A stretch of DNA of 64,000 nt from NCBI RefSeq assembly GCF_963921235.1, contig NC_086097.1, positions 28,336,001 through 28,400,000 of the forward strand, written 5' to 3'. The notes under the pieces are model-generated. The model saw only the letters and a program-made list of their open reading frames with translations, had not been told where the DNA came from and ran no database searches. The DNA comes from Mobula hypostoma (Eukaryota). The first letter of the stretch is position 1. Every line of letters begins with the position of its first letter. The position numbers and the translations under genes were made by a program. Below, one piece after another: positions 13,058-25,607 of this stretch.

Positions 13058-13639
13058 CCATCTTCTATCTCAGCTCCATTTTCCTGCTTTGTCTGCCTCA
13101 GTTCCTTGACATCCAACAATCTATCCATCTCCACCTTAAGTGAGCCTTGACCAATCCCTCACAAGCCCTTCAGGGGGAAATAATTCCAAAGAATTATCCT
13201 ACAGGTGAAGAAATCTCTGGCCTGAACTGCCTACTCTGTGTCCCGAGTTAGTGATCTATGGTTCTAGACCTGTCAGCCAAGGGAAACGCCCTCTCTGCCC
13301 ACACACTAAATGCTGGAAGAACTCGGCACATCATGTAGCATCTGTGGGTGGTATAAACATTTTGGGTCGGGAAATCAGGATTGATATCTGTCACTGTATC
13401 CAGCCTGTTGAGTCCTGTAAGAACTTTTGTATTTCAATGTGATTAACCCGAGAGAATACAGGAACTGTCTGCTCAATTTCTCTTTATGAGGCATATCTGT
13501 TATCACAAAAAACAGACCAGCACAACTTTGATTCCCTCCCTGTTTAACAAGGATATCAAAAAGAGACACTGTTCTCCAGTTGTGTCCTCACCATGTCTGT
13601 ATATGCTTGTCATAAAATATCTTTGTAAGTATATAAACC

Positions 13640-13950
13640 TTAACTTCATTTGTTACATGCACATTGAAACATTAAAACATACAGTGAAATGCGTCGTTTA
13701 CCCCAATGGCCAGCATGGCCTGAGGATGTGCTGGGGGCAGCCCACTAGTGCCACCATTCATCCAGCGCCATAATAGCATGCCCACGGCTTACTAACCCTA
13801 ACTTGTACATCCTTGGAATGTAGGAGGAAACCAGAGCACCCAGAGGAAACTCACATAGTCATGGGGAGAACGTAGAAACTCCTTACAGGCAGCAGTGGCC
13901 ATTGAACCCTAACTGTTGACCACAGGCTGGCGCTGTAAAGCTACCCGCGA
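13640..13950 (-). mobile_element. tRNA-headed SINE
   Basis: Reverse complement resembles the 34455-34750 SINE; GGGTTCAAT B-box-like motif. Confidence 0.6.
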
Positions 13951-14117
13951 CCCCCCATGCTACCGTGCCATCCAACTCCAGCACTAAACTTTCTCATAAT
14001 AGTCAACATAACATTTGAATTCCTATTTATATGCTGTACCTGCATGCTAGCTTTCAGAGATGTATCCACAAGTATTCAAGGTTCCTGTGGAAATCAACAT
14101 CTCTTACCATTTGAACC

Positions 14118-14545
14118 TCCAAGAGGACCTCAACCTTCTTGTAGGGTTTGGAGGCTTGTGTGCCTAAATGACCCCGAGAGCTGTGTTGGCTGGAGTGAGC
14201 GGTTTACGCATTGACTCTTGGTAGGGTCATCGTTGCTAAAAAGGTCAAAGGGTAAAGGCCAGACTAATAGTGGTCCCCCAGTCCTCCAGGTTTGGGGGTT
14301 CAGCTCAGGGATAACAGCCCTGACTGGTAAAACAAAATTGTTACAGAAATAGCAATGAGGATTCCTTCTACATCTGTATGCGACAGCATTCCTGAGCCTC
14401 CACCCAGGGCTTGCATGGCGGACAGTAGTGAAAACCAAGAGGGGACTACAGACGTGACGAAGGAAGCCCTGAACACCACCAGAGATGCAGGACCTTTATT
14501 GCTGTCCTAAACGCCAGCAGCATAATGGACAGTGAGTAAGTAAGT
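14118..14545 (+). mobile_element. Non-autonomous RTE-derived retroposon (5'UTR joined to 3' tail)
   Basis: 5' part resembles RTE/Expander-type 5'UTR (AATGACCC..GAGCT..GGTAGGGTCA..AGGTC..CCAGAC); ends in (TAAG)n tail; no ORF. Confidence 0.5.
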
Positions 14546-15416
14546 CACCATTTAAAAAATACAGAGAACCAAGAGACTTCAAGGTTCTAGAGTCTGGAAA
14601 ATAAGATAAATGACTGGAGGAACTCGGATGGTCAGGCAGCATCTGTGGAAGAAAACGGGCATTCAATATTTTGGGTTGAGACCCCTTGTTGGACTTAGAG
14701 GGAAGGTAGTGATTATAAAGAAGTGAAGGAAATGGAAGGGGTGGTGATTCCAGGTGAGAGATGATAGACAGATGGAGGAGCAGAGAGTGGGAATTGCGGC
14801 AGGGACCGGGAGGTGATAGATGAAAGTGACAAAGAGCTAGAGATGGAAGAGGAAGGTGGAATCTAAATGTGTAAAAATACTTTATTGTTCTGTTTTGTAG
14901 CAACTTGAATGACTTCCCATTTTGAACGACTTCACATTTTTTCCACATTGCACATTATGTCTACCATGTTCTCACCCATTCACTCAACTTTGTCTCAAAC
15001 CTACTGAAGCCGCTTTATATTCTTCTCCCTACTCACAACTCCGCCCTGTTTTGTTTTGTCTGTAATCGTGGAAATAGGATGTTTGGTTCAAATTTGTGAA
15101 AATCCAGGGCCTAAGCAACTGTCCTTAATAACCACTTTCCTGCCTTTGATCCTCATTCTTTGCTGTTAACTAGTTCTCAACCCAGATCAGTTTAGTACCA
15201 TGTTCCTTAATCCTACTGAACAACTTCAACAAAACCCTTCTGAAAATTTAAGTGCACTACATCTAGTTCATTATTACCTTCTCTATTTTATATTCATATT
15301 TTATTACATTTATTTATTAATCACATGTACATTGAAACATAGAACAGTGGAGCACAGTAAATGTTGTGTCAACCTTTTAACCTATTCTAAGATCAATCTA
15401 TCAATCTGATCTAATT

Positions 15417-16085
15417 GGAGGAGGAGAAGATGGCGGCGCGACGGCAGCACGCGCGGCCTCTCCGGTGATGATGTCTGTTATCTGTCAAGTAGGGGATGGT
15501 GCACAATTCTGATTTGATGGAGACAGATGTGAGAGTACGGAGGAACATCTGGAAAACTTCTGAAATGCCTGCTTCGCTGCCGCTGCTACTGTGTGGTAAC
15601 CGGAACCTCCGGAGCAGAAGGCCCCAAAATCCTTGGCTTTGCATTTTTCAGCGGCCAGGCAGGTTAAAGGCGCTCGGCAGAGGATGGCGCCCAGGAGGCT
15701 GGTCGGAAGCTCGGAGTTTTCGGACGGATGGACTCAGTGTCGGCTGTGGTCGGCTGCTTCCAAGGCATCGGCAAGTTGACGGTGCCTGGAGGTTGATGGC
15801 AGGGAGTTTCTCCTTTTTGCCACCTGCTATCGGGGACTTGGGAGTTGATCGACTCAGGGACTTTTGAGACTGTATTTAAGTGCCCATGGTTTGTTCTTCA
15901 TCAAATTATGGTATTGCTTTGTACTGCTGTAACTATAGGTTATAATTATGTGGTTCTGTCAGTGTTAGTCTTTGGTTTGTCCTGTTTTCTGTGCTATCAC
16001 TCCGGAGAAACATCGTATCATTTCTAAATGCATGTTTGCATTTCTAAATGACAATAAAAGAGGACTGAGTGTTCTCATAATCTAA
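15417..16085 (+). mobile_element. CpG-rich ~670 bp non-coding retroposon, copy 1
   Basis: Highly similar to 26335-27000; starts AAGATGGCGGCG; ends AATAAAAGAGGACTGAGTGTTCTCATAATCTAA; interrupts a CR1 tail. Confidence 0.8.
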
Positions 16086-17284
16086 TCCTTTCCCCTCCAC
16101 ATAGCCCTCTATTTTTCTTTTGTCCATGTGCTCCCTGAGAGTCTCTTAAATGTCCCTGATGTATCTGTCTTTACATTACCCTTTGTTTATAGTGAAATGA
16201 ATCACTTGTGTTCACAACCTACACCGTCTGAAGGTATGCTCTGGGCAGCCCGCAAGTGTCGCCGCGCAGTCCGGCGCCAACATAGCGTGCCCACCACGCT
16301 CAGCAGAACACCATGCAACCAACATCCAATGATAGCAAAACGATTCTCTTTCTCACATCTCCCTCACTCACACATACACCTGGGCCCCCAGCTCCGGATT
16401 GGGCCGCCGGCCTCCAGACGGTGGGTTAATTGTGATCTTTCTTTCATCAATCCATGCTGCCTCTGCTCAGTCCTATTTTCCTCTCAAGCTCTCGGTTCTA
16501 GCACTTAGCCTTCTGTTAGGCCTACAGATCTCTATTCTCTCCCTTGCAGTGTGGGGTCACGTTTGCTATGGCAAAACCTTGAGGAAGGACAGCTAGAGCG
16601 GCCATGCACTGTACAGTCAGCTCTGCAGAGGCAAGCAACACATCCTTGGGATCAATTGGCTTCCAGACTCCCTGAATTCTCTGGTGTCATTTGGGAAGGA
16701 GGGGACCCGAAACTCAAGGCTTAAAAAAAGATTAGCTTTACTTGTCACATGTACATCGAGACATGCAGTGAAATGTGTTGTTTTTGTGTCAAATCAAGTC
16801 AGCGAGGATTGTGCGGGACAGCCTGCAATTGTCGCCGTGCTTCCACTGGAGGGCCGGAGGACTGTCCGTGTGTGGGTGGGAGAGAGGGGAGGAGTAAAGG
16901 GGCTTGTCTTGCTGCTGTTGTTTTTGTTGCTTCTTGTGTCCTGTGTTGCTCTGCCAGCCATTGTAGGCATGTGGAGTAGGCCTTCCCTGCCTTTTGGGCC
17001 GTAGCGCTCAGCAACCCCCCTGACGACCCCGGTTTAACCCTAATCTCATCATGGGACAATTAACAATGACTGATTAACCTTGTGACAGAGCAGGTCTGCC
17101 ACGAGTAACTTCTTCCTCTCCACCTCATTCCACCCATCAGCCGTCCCTCGGCTCCCATTCCACCTAGGTTGGCCGCAGCGCGGAGCATTGTTTCGGGCCA
17201 GTGACGAGGACGGGATTGGACAGGAGGGGCATTCACCGCCCGTTACCTGGACAACTGGCAGAACCCCTGGTTTCGATGGTGGTG

Positions 17285-17760
17285 CTAGAGGTAGGCACAT
17301 TAAGAACATTTAGGTAGGCACATGGATGAAAGGAAAATGGAAGGCTATGTGGGATTGATCTTGGAGTGGGTTAAAAGGTTGGTGCAACATCGTGGGCTGA
17401 AGGGCCTGTATTGTTGTACTGTTCTTTGTTCTATAATTTATGATTTTGATGAGAATGTGCAAGTCATGTCCAGTAGGTTTGCAGGCCACACTAAAATAGG
17501 CTGTGCAATGGACAGTGAAGATGTTTGTCAGAATTTACAGGGGGATCCTGACCATCTGGGTAAGTGGGCTGGGGAATGGCAAGTGAAGTTTTATTCAGGC
17601 AAGTGCGGCGTGTTGTATATTGGGAAGAATGTAGGATTGTGAATGGTAAGGCACTGGGTGTTGTTGTGGAACAGAGGGACCTGGGAGTAAAAACACATGG
17701 CTTCCTAAACATAGACAAGGTGGTGAAGAAGGCTTTTGTCATGCTGGTCCACATCTGTCA
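17285..17760 (+). mobile_element. CR1 fragments (3'UTR and RT end)
   Basis: RFAGHTKIG, WAGEWQVKF, EQRDLGV, VVKKAF motifs. Confidence 0.65.
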
Positions 17761-18849
17761 GGGTCTTGGCCTGAAACACTAACTGTTTATTCCTCTCCAT
17801 TGATGCTGCCTGATCTGCTGAGTCCCCATGTGTGCATAATCTGCATAATATTGTTCCAGTAATGGGGCGATGAGAACTTCACAAAATACTCCAAATGTGG
17901 CCCAATCAAAGTTTTATACAGCTGCAACCTGACTTGCCCACTTTTACATCATGCCTGGCTAATGAAGGCAGTCAAGCCGTACCCCTTTCCCACCCAACCC
18001 TCTGGGTGGCTACTTTCCGCTAGCAATGGACCTGCACCCCAACGCCTCTCTGTATATCAACACTCCTAAGGGTCCTGCCACTGACATTATACTTTCTGGA
18101 AAAGATTCTTGCTTGCTCCAGTTTATTTTATCAACCACAGACTAGGGTATGCACTGATTTATCCCCATGGGGTTTGATGATGGAGGAAGGGGCTGAGTCA
18201 CAGCTCGTAACCATGGTTCAGTGAGTCAGAGGACTGTGGGTTTGAATCCCACTCTAGAGATTTACCAGTAGGAAGTTACCTGGCCATCATTGCAGTGTTG
18301 TTCACATTAGCTACAATACCTCGAGAGATTCCATACAGAAACAGGCCCTTCAGCCTATCGAGTCCATATTATCAGCCACTCATTTACACCAATTCTACAT
18401 CAATCTCATTTTTTATTCTTCCCACGCTCTTAGCACCCCCAGATTCTACCTCTCAGCCAAACTCCAGGGGCAATGTGCACTGGCCAATTAACCTACTGAC
18501 TTGCATGTCTTTGGGAGGTGAAAGGGAACTGGAGCACCCGGGGAAAACCTGCAAATTCCCACGGAATGCACCGGAGGTTGGGTTCAGAACTCAGCAGCAA
18601 CCCTGCCAGCTTCATAAGCACCTTAACGGGAGAAGAGAGACTCCCCGTGTTAAACATTGTGGGACTCAGGAGCCCAGTGTGTGTGAGACTGTTTGGTCTC
18701 GTGAACTGCAGGCCCTTTGGATCATGATGTTGTGCTGACCTTTTCACGTACTCCAAGATCAATCTAACCCTCCCAACTTTACAAGGCCCTCTATGTTCTT
18801 TCATTATATACCTATCTGAGAGTCTCTTAAACGTCCCTAATGTATCTGT

Positions 18850-19220
18850 GCCAGTGGCAGGGCAGAGATGCATCTCCAAAAATGGAGGTGTGAGGTTCTC
18901 CTTCCTTCCACTAGCCTGCAGGTCACCTTGGGCAAGGTGTAGCACTCGCTTAGCCCCCTCCGATCAGGGTCATGTGAAGCTACGGGGGCAGGTGGTGGAT
19001 GGTTGTGTGAGCAGCTGATGTATATCACGAGTCCTGGTTATGTGACCAACGACGCCAGGCAGACAATCTGAAGATGGCTTGGGCCACCCGTCTTGTAAAG
19101 ACACAGTCCAGAAGCAGGCAGTGGCAAACCTCTTCCTGTAGATTAATTTGCCGTGATCAACCATGGTCAAAGACCACAATGGCCCACGACATATGTCATG
19201 GAACATAATGATGAAGATAA
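18850..19220 (+). mobile_element. SINE-like insertion with RTE/BovB-like 3' part
   Basis: Interrupts a CR1 3'UTR; GGCAGTGGCAAACC motif and ATGATGAAGA tail. Confidence 0.45.
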
Positions 19221-19221
19221 A

Positions 19222-19760
19222 TGTACCTGACTCTACCACCACCCCTGGCAGGTCTAAGCAACCACCACTCTCTGTGTAAAAATAACTTATCTTGGACATC
19301 GCCCCTAAACTTTCTTCCAATCACCTTAAAAGTTATAGCCCCTTGTATTAGCCATTTTTGCCCTGGGAAATAATCTCTGGCTATCCACTCTATCTATGTC
19401 TCTTATCATCTTATACACCTCTATCAAGTCACCTCTCATCCTCCTTCATTCCAAAGAGAAAAACCCAAGCTTGCTCAACCTATCCTCATAAGATATGCTC
19501 TCTGATCCAGGCAGCATCCTGGTAAACCTCATCTGCTCCCTCTCTGAAGCTTCTATATCCTTACCATAATGAGGCAACCAGAACTGAACACAATACTCCA
19601 AGTGTGGTCTAACCAGGGTTTTATAGAGCTGCAACATCACTTTGTGACTCTGGAACTCAGTTCCCTGACTAATGAATGCCAGGACACCATACACCTTCTT
19701 AACCATCCTGTCAACTATAAGGGATCTGCAGATGTGGATCCCAAGTCGTTCTTTAATCAT
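19222..19760 (-). mobile_element. CR1 ORF2 3' fragment
   Basis: LYKTLVRPHLEYCVQFW..FTRMLPG..LGFFSLE. Confidence 0.8.
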
Positions 19761-21444
19761 TGAATAAAGAATTGCATCTTTTCTATTTCCTTATCCTATA
19801 GAAGGAGGCCATTTGATCCATCATACCTAAGCTAGTTCCTACAACAATGCTATTCCCCCTACCAATTCCCCTGTAACCTGTTTTCTCTTATTTGCCCATT
19901 AACACCCCTCTTATTCACCCATCACCCCCTTACACTTGGTTGGATTTTCTGTATGTACAAATAGGGTGAAATTATGCAGGTTTTGTTTTTGCCTCAGGTT
20001 GGGTGAGACAAGAACTAGAGGTCATATAAGTTGCAATAAGAAATATTTTTCAAAAAGCATTGCTGAAAGTAGGGTCCATGGACCTTTCAGAAATCTGATG
20101 GTGGAGGTTAATGGAGAAAGGTGAAATATTTAAAGGGAATCAGAAGGAAACTTCTTCGCTTAGGATGTGGTGCAAACGTGAAATGAGTTGCCAGTGGAAG
20201 TGGCATATGTGGATTCAATTTTTTTCTTTATTGAGTGCAGCCGTGAACAATAGCCAGATCAGAAATGCTGATCAAGTCAACTAGTTCCTAAAGAAAACTC
20301 TGATAGGCTAATCAGATGGTTCACTGCTGGTCAGCGATAGAACACAAAAAAAAATCATAAGTACAATTAAGAAACATTAAAAAATAGTAGAAACTAAGGA
20401 ACTATTCCTGTGTTGCACTGTTCTATGTTAGAGTCATAGAACACTACAGCACAGAACTGGGCCCTCTGGCTCATGTAGTCTCTGTTCTTAAGTTGATTTT
20501 GCTCACAAGATGGAAAATACAGAACCATCACTTGATATGGTAACCACATCTTCACAGTATTGCAATGATTGTTATCAATGCTAATAGACATAAGATAGTA
20601 CGGTTACTAAAACCAGAGAGAGAAAGGAAGCAAGTTCTGCTGTTTGTAGGAGCAAGTGCATGCATGCAGTTCAATTTTCAAATTTAATAATGCTATGAGA
20701 GTTCAATTGCATGGAGGAACTGTGCATAGGTCGGTCGGTTGGTCGTAACCTGGGCACGGTCTGCGTAAAGGAATGCAGGCCAAGTACCCTTCTGTACGAA
20801 AGGTCACTATGGATTCTGCTGTATGCAACATACCTTGCACCAAACCCCACTCACGTCAGCGCTGTTTGTTAGCAACCCTTGAATGGTAACAGCCCTGATC
20901 ACCACAGTACAGAAAGAACACGGAGGCCCAAGAACCTTCCAAAGCTGATCCATTCTTTTTCTTGGCCCTTGTTTATCCATGAATGTAATCGTTCATTAGT
21001 AGCCCTCCCAGCAGTTCTGTCCACAAGAAACCTCCCGCCTCCTTTCAGAAGCTCCTGTAAAAATATCACATGGCTCGGTATAACTTTGACCTATTCTGCC
21101 TCTAGTGAAGCAGTGTGAGGTTTTTATATTATTTTAAAAAAGGAAGGTTTTATTGTTAGTGTATTGGCAGTTGGTCCGTGCAATCAAGTCAATCAAGATT
21201 TGAATAGATTAGCAGAAAGCCATTGATTAGGCAATCAAGATTTGAATAGCTCAGACTCAGCAGAAAGCAGCTGATTGGAGCAGTCGAGGTCAGGTGACCA
21301 AACATTTTGAAAAGCTCAAACAGATAAATAGAGGGATAGCTCAAGCAAAGTGACCAGTGCGTGAGTGGGCCAGTGAAGGAGTGGAGCTTTGAGGCTTTGA
21401 CAAGAAGAGGCAGAGGACAAGCTAGCTCGCAGTTAGTTTTTACA

Positions 21445-22386
21445 ATGTCTCTTGAGATGGTGATGTGCCTCTCATGTGAGATGTGGCAGTCTTGGGGGAA
21501 CACCCCTCTCCTGCAGAGTCACATCTGCCTGAAGTGCATACGGCTGGGCGATCTGGAAGACCGTGTAAGGAATCTGGAGCAGCAGCTGGATGACCTTCGA
21601 CTCATAAGGGAGAATGAGGTAGTTATAGATGAGAGCTACAGGGAGGTAGTCACACCTAGGCTGTCGGAAGCAGGTCGTTGGGTGACAGTCAGAGGGGGGA
21701 AAGCGAAGGTGAGCAGACAGGTAGTGCAGAGCACCCCTGTAGCCATTCCCCTGAATAATAAGTTTACCATCCTGGATACTGTTGGCGGGGACAACCGACC
21801 AGGTGTGAGCCACGGTGGCAGGGCCTCCGGCACTGAGTCTGACCCTGTGGTGCAGAAGGATGGGACGGAGAAGAGGAGAGCTGTCGTCATTGGAGACTCT
21901 ATAATCAGGGGAGCAGACAAAAGATTTTGTGGATGTGAGAAGGACACCCACATGGTTTGTTGCTTCCCGGGTGCCAGGGTCCGGGATGTCTCTGACCGGG
22001 TGCACAACATCCTGGTATGAGAGGGAAAGCAACCAGAAGTCATGATACATGTTGGGACCAATGACATAGGCAGGAAGAGGGATGAGGTCCTGAAGTGTGA
22101 GTTTTGGGAACGAGGCAGAAGGCTGAAGAACAGGACCTCAAGGGTGGTGTTCTCAGGATTGCTGCCAGTGCTACTTGACAGTGATGGTAAGAATTGGAGG
22201 AGATGGCAGTTGAATGCGTAGCTGAGGAGTTGGTGCAGGGAGCAGGGTTTTAGATTTTTAGATCATTGGGATCTCTTCTGGGGAAGGTGGGACCTGTACA
22301 GATTGGATGGGTTGCACCTGAACTCGAGGGGGAGCAATATCCTTGCAGGTAGGTTTGCTAGCATGGTTCGGGAGGGTTTAAACTAA
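21445..22386 (+). pseudogene. CR1 ORF1: zinc finger, coiled coil, SGNH esterase (2 premature stops)
   Basis: CLSC..HICLKC, LEDRVRNLEQQL, VVIGDS, HVGTND, DGLHLN; in-frame TGA at 22018 and TAG at 22219. Confidence 0.9.
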
Positions 22387-25290
22387 TTTGCAAGGGGGAT
22401 GGGATCCGGAGCGATAGAGCAGTGAAAGAAGTGCATGGAGTAAAGCCAGATCTAACATACAGAGAGGGTTTGAGGAAAGAGAAGCAGAATAAACGGTGTA
22501 AAGACAGTAAGGTAGAAGGGCTGAAATGTGTGTACCTCAATGCAAGAAGCATCAGGAACAAAGGTGATGAACTGAGAGCTTGGATACACACATGGAATTA
22601 TGATGTAGTGGCCATTACAGAAACTTGGCTGGCACCAGGGCAGGAATGGATTCTCAATATTCCTGGATTTCAGTGCTTTAAAAGGGATAGAGAGGGCAGA
22701 AAAAGGGGAGGAGGGGTGGCATTACTGGTCAGGGATACTATTACAGCTACAGAAAGGGTGGGTAATGTGGCAGGATCCTCTTTTGAGTCAATATGGGTGG
22801 AAGTCAGGAACAGGAAGGGAGCAGTTACTCTATTGGGGGTATTCTATAGGCCCCCTGGTAGCAGCAGAGACACAGAAGAGCAGATTGGGAGGCAGATTTT
22901 GGAAAGGTGCAAAAATAACGGGGTTGTTATCATGGGTGACTTTAACTTCTCTAATATTGATTGACACCTGATTAGTTCCAAGGGTTTAGATGGGGCAGAG
23001 TTTGTTAAGTGTGTCCAGGACGGATTCCTGTCACAGTATGTGGACAGGCCGACCGGGGGAATGTCATACTAGATCTTACTTGTCATACTAGATCTTACTA
23101 GTTAATGAACCGGGTCAGGTCACAGTGGGTGAGCACCTGGGGGATAGTGACCACCGCTCCCTGGCCTTTAGCATTATCATGGAAAAGGATAGAATCAGAG
23201 AGGACAGGAAAATTTTTAATTGGGGAAAGGCAAATTATGAGGCTATGGCTAGAACTTGCGGGTGTGAATTGGGATGATGTTTTTGCAGGGAAATGTACTA
23301 TGGACATGTGGTCGATGTTTAGGGATTTCTTGCGGGATGTTAGGGCTAAATTTGTCTGGGTGAGTAAGATAAAGAATGGTAGGGTGAAGGAACCATGGGT
23401 GACAAGTGAGGTGGAAAATCTAGTCAGGTGGAAGAAGGCAGCATATATGAGATTTAAGAAGCAAGGATCAGATGGGTCCATTGAGGAATATAGGGAAGCA
23501 AGAAAGGAGCTTAAGAAGGGGCTGAGAAGAGCAAGAAGGGGGCATGAGAAGGCCTTGGCGAGTAGGGTAAAGGAAAACCCCAAGGCATTCTTCAATTATG
23601 TGAAGAAAGAAAGGATGACAGGAGTGAAGGTAGGACCGATTAGAGATAAAGGTGGGAAGATGTGCCCGGAGGCTGTGGAAGTGAGCGAGGTCCTCAATGA
23701 ATACTTCTCTTCGGTATTCACCAATGAGAGGGAACTTGATGATGGTGAGGACAATATGAGTGAGGTTGATGTTCTGGAGCATGTTGATATTAAGGGAGAG
23801 GAGGTGTTGGAGTTGTTAAAATACATTAGGACAGATAAGTCCCCGGGGCCTGACGGAATATTCCCCAGGTTGCTCTACGAGGCGCGAAAAGAGATTGCTG
23901 AGCCTCTGGCTAGGATCTTTATGTCCTTGTTGTCCACGGGAATGGTACCGGAGGATTGGAGGGAAGCAAATGTTGTCCCCTTGTTCAAAAAAGGTAGTAG
24001 GGATAGTCCGGATAATTATAGACCAGTGAGCCTTGCGTCTGTGGTGGGAAAGCTGTTGGAAAAGATTCTTAGAGATAGGATCTATAGGCATTTAGAGAAT
24101 CATGATCTGATCAGGGACAGTCAGCATGGCTTTGTGAAGGGCAGATCATGTCTAACAAGCCTGATAGAGTTCTTTGAGGAGGTGGCCAGGCATATAGATG
24201 AGGGTAGTGCAGTGGATGTGATCTATATGGATTTTAGTAAGGTATTTGACAAGGTTCCACACAGTAGGCTTAATCAGAAAGTTAGAAGGCATGGGATCCA
24301 GGGAAGTTTGGCCAGATGGATTCAGAATTGGCTTGCCTGCAGAAGGCAAAGGGTGGTGGTGGAGGGAGTACATTCAGATTGGAGGATTGTGTCTAGTGGT
24401 GTCCCGCAAGGATCTGTTCTGGGACCTCTACTTTTCGCGATTTTTATTAACAACCTGGATGTGGGGGTAGAAGGGTGGGTTGGCAAGTTTGCAGATGACA
24501 CAAAGGTTGGTGGTGTTGTCGTTAGTGTAGAGGATTGTCAAAGATTGCAGAGAGACATTGATAGGATGCAGAAGTGGGCTGAGAAGTGGCAGATGGAGTT
24601 CAACCCGGAGAAGTGTGAGGTGGTACACTTTGGAAGGACAAACTCCAAGGCAGAGTACGAAGTAAATGGCAGGATACTTGGTAGTGTGGAGGAGCAGAGG
24701 GATCTCGGGGTACATGTCCATAGATCCCTGAAAGTTGCCTCACAGGTGGATAGGGTAGTTAAGAAAGCTTATGGGGTGTTAGCTTTCATAAGTCGAGGGA
24801 TAGAGTTTAAGAGTGGCGATGTAATGATGCAGCTCTATAAAACTCTGGTTAGGCCACACTTGGAGTACTGTGTCCAGTTCTGGTCACCTCACTATAGGAA
24901 GGATGTGGAAGCATTGGAAAGGGTACAGAGGAAATTTACCAGGATGCTGCCTGGTTTAGAGAGTATGCATTATGATCAGAGATTAAGGGAGCTAGGGCTT
25001 TACTCTTTTGAGAGGAGACATGATAGAGGTGTACAAGATAATAAGAGGAATAGATAGAGTGGATAGCCTGTGCCTCTTCCCCAGGGCACCACTGCTCAAT
25101 ACAAGAGGACATGGCTTTAAGGTAAGGGGTGGGAAGTTCAAGGGGGATATTAGAGGAAGGTTTTTTACTGAGAGAGTGGTTGGTGTGTGGAATGCACTGC
25201 CTGAGTCAGTGGTGGAGGCAGATACACGTGAAGTTTAAGAGACTACTAGACAGGTATATGGAGGAATTTAAGGTGGGAGCTTATATGGGA
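22377..25290 (+). pseudogene. CR1 ORF2: APE endonuclease + reverse transcriptase (disrupted)
   Basis: YLNARS, AITETWL, YRPP, MGDFN; KSPGPDG, NYRPVSL, GVPQGSVLGP, KFADDTK; stop at 22962, duplication/deletions near 23060-23250, frameshift near 25010. Confidence 0.92.
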
Positions 25291-25607
25291 GGCAGGGTTT
25301 GAGGGTCGGCACAACATTGTGGGCCGAAGGGCCTGTACTGTGCTGTACTATTTTATGTTCTATGTTAAGAGTCACACTGGAACAATATCAGAAGACACAA
25401 GAAACACTCAGCAGGTCGGGCAGCTTCTAGATGGGGAGCTCCCAACCTGGGATCCACGGCATAAAAAAGGTTGGGAACCCCTGCCTTGGGGAGAGAGAAA
25501 TAGAATTAATGATTCTGGTCTGAGACTTGTTAGAACTGGAAAAGAGAAGTTTAAAAAAATTATGTTACACAGAAAGTGGTGAAAATGATCAGTAGGATGA
25601 AGGGAGT

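Larger units (their letters stand above)
21180..25366 (+). mobile_element. Near full-length CR1 (HER1-like) LINE, copy A
   Basis: 5'UTR with tandem repeats, ORF1, ORF2 (APE + RT), 3'UTR GGGCCGAAGGGCCTGTACTG and TTCTATGTT tail; 5' boundary approximate. Confidence 0.95.

Noticed and set aside
23105..25057. 650-aa ORF as host gene or retron/DGR-type RT
   Set aside because: Clearly CR1 ORF2 with frameshifted ends
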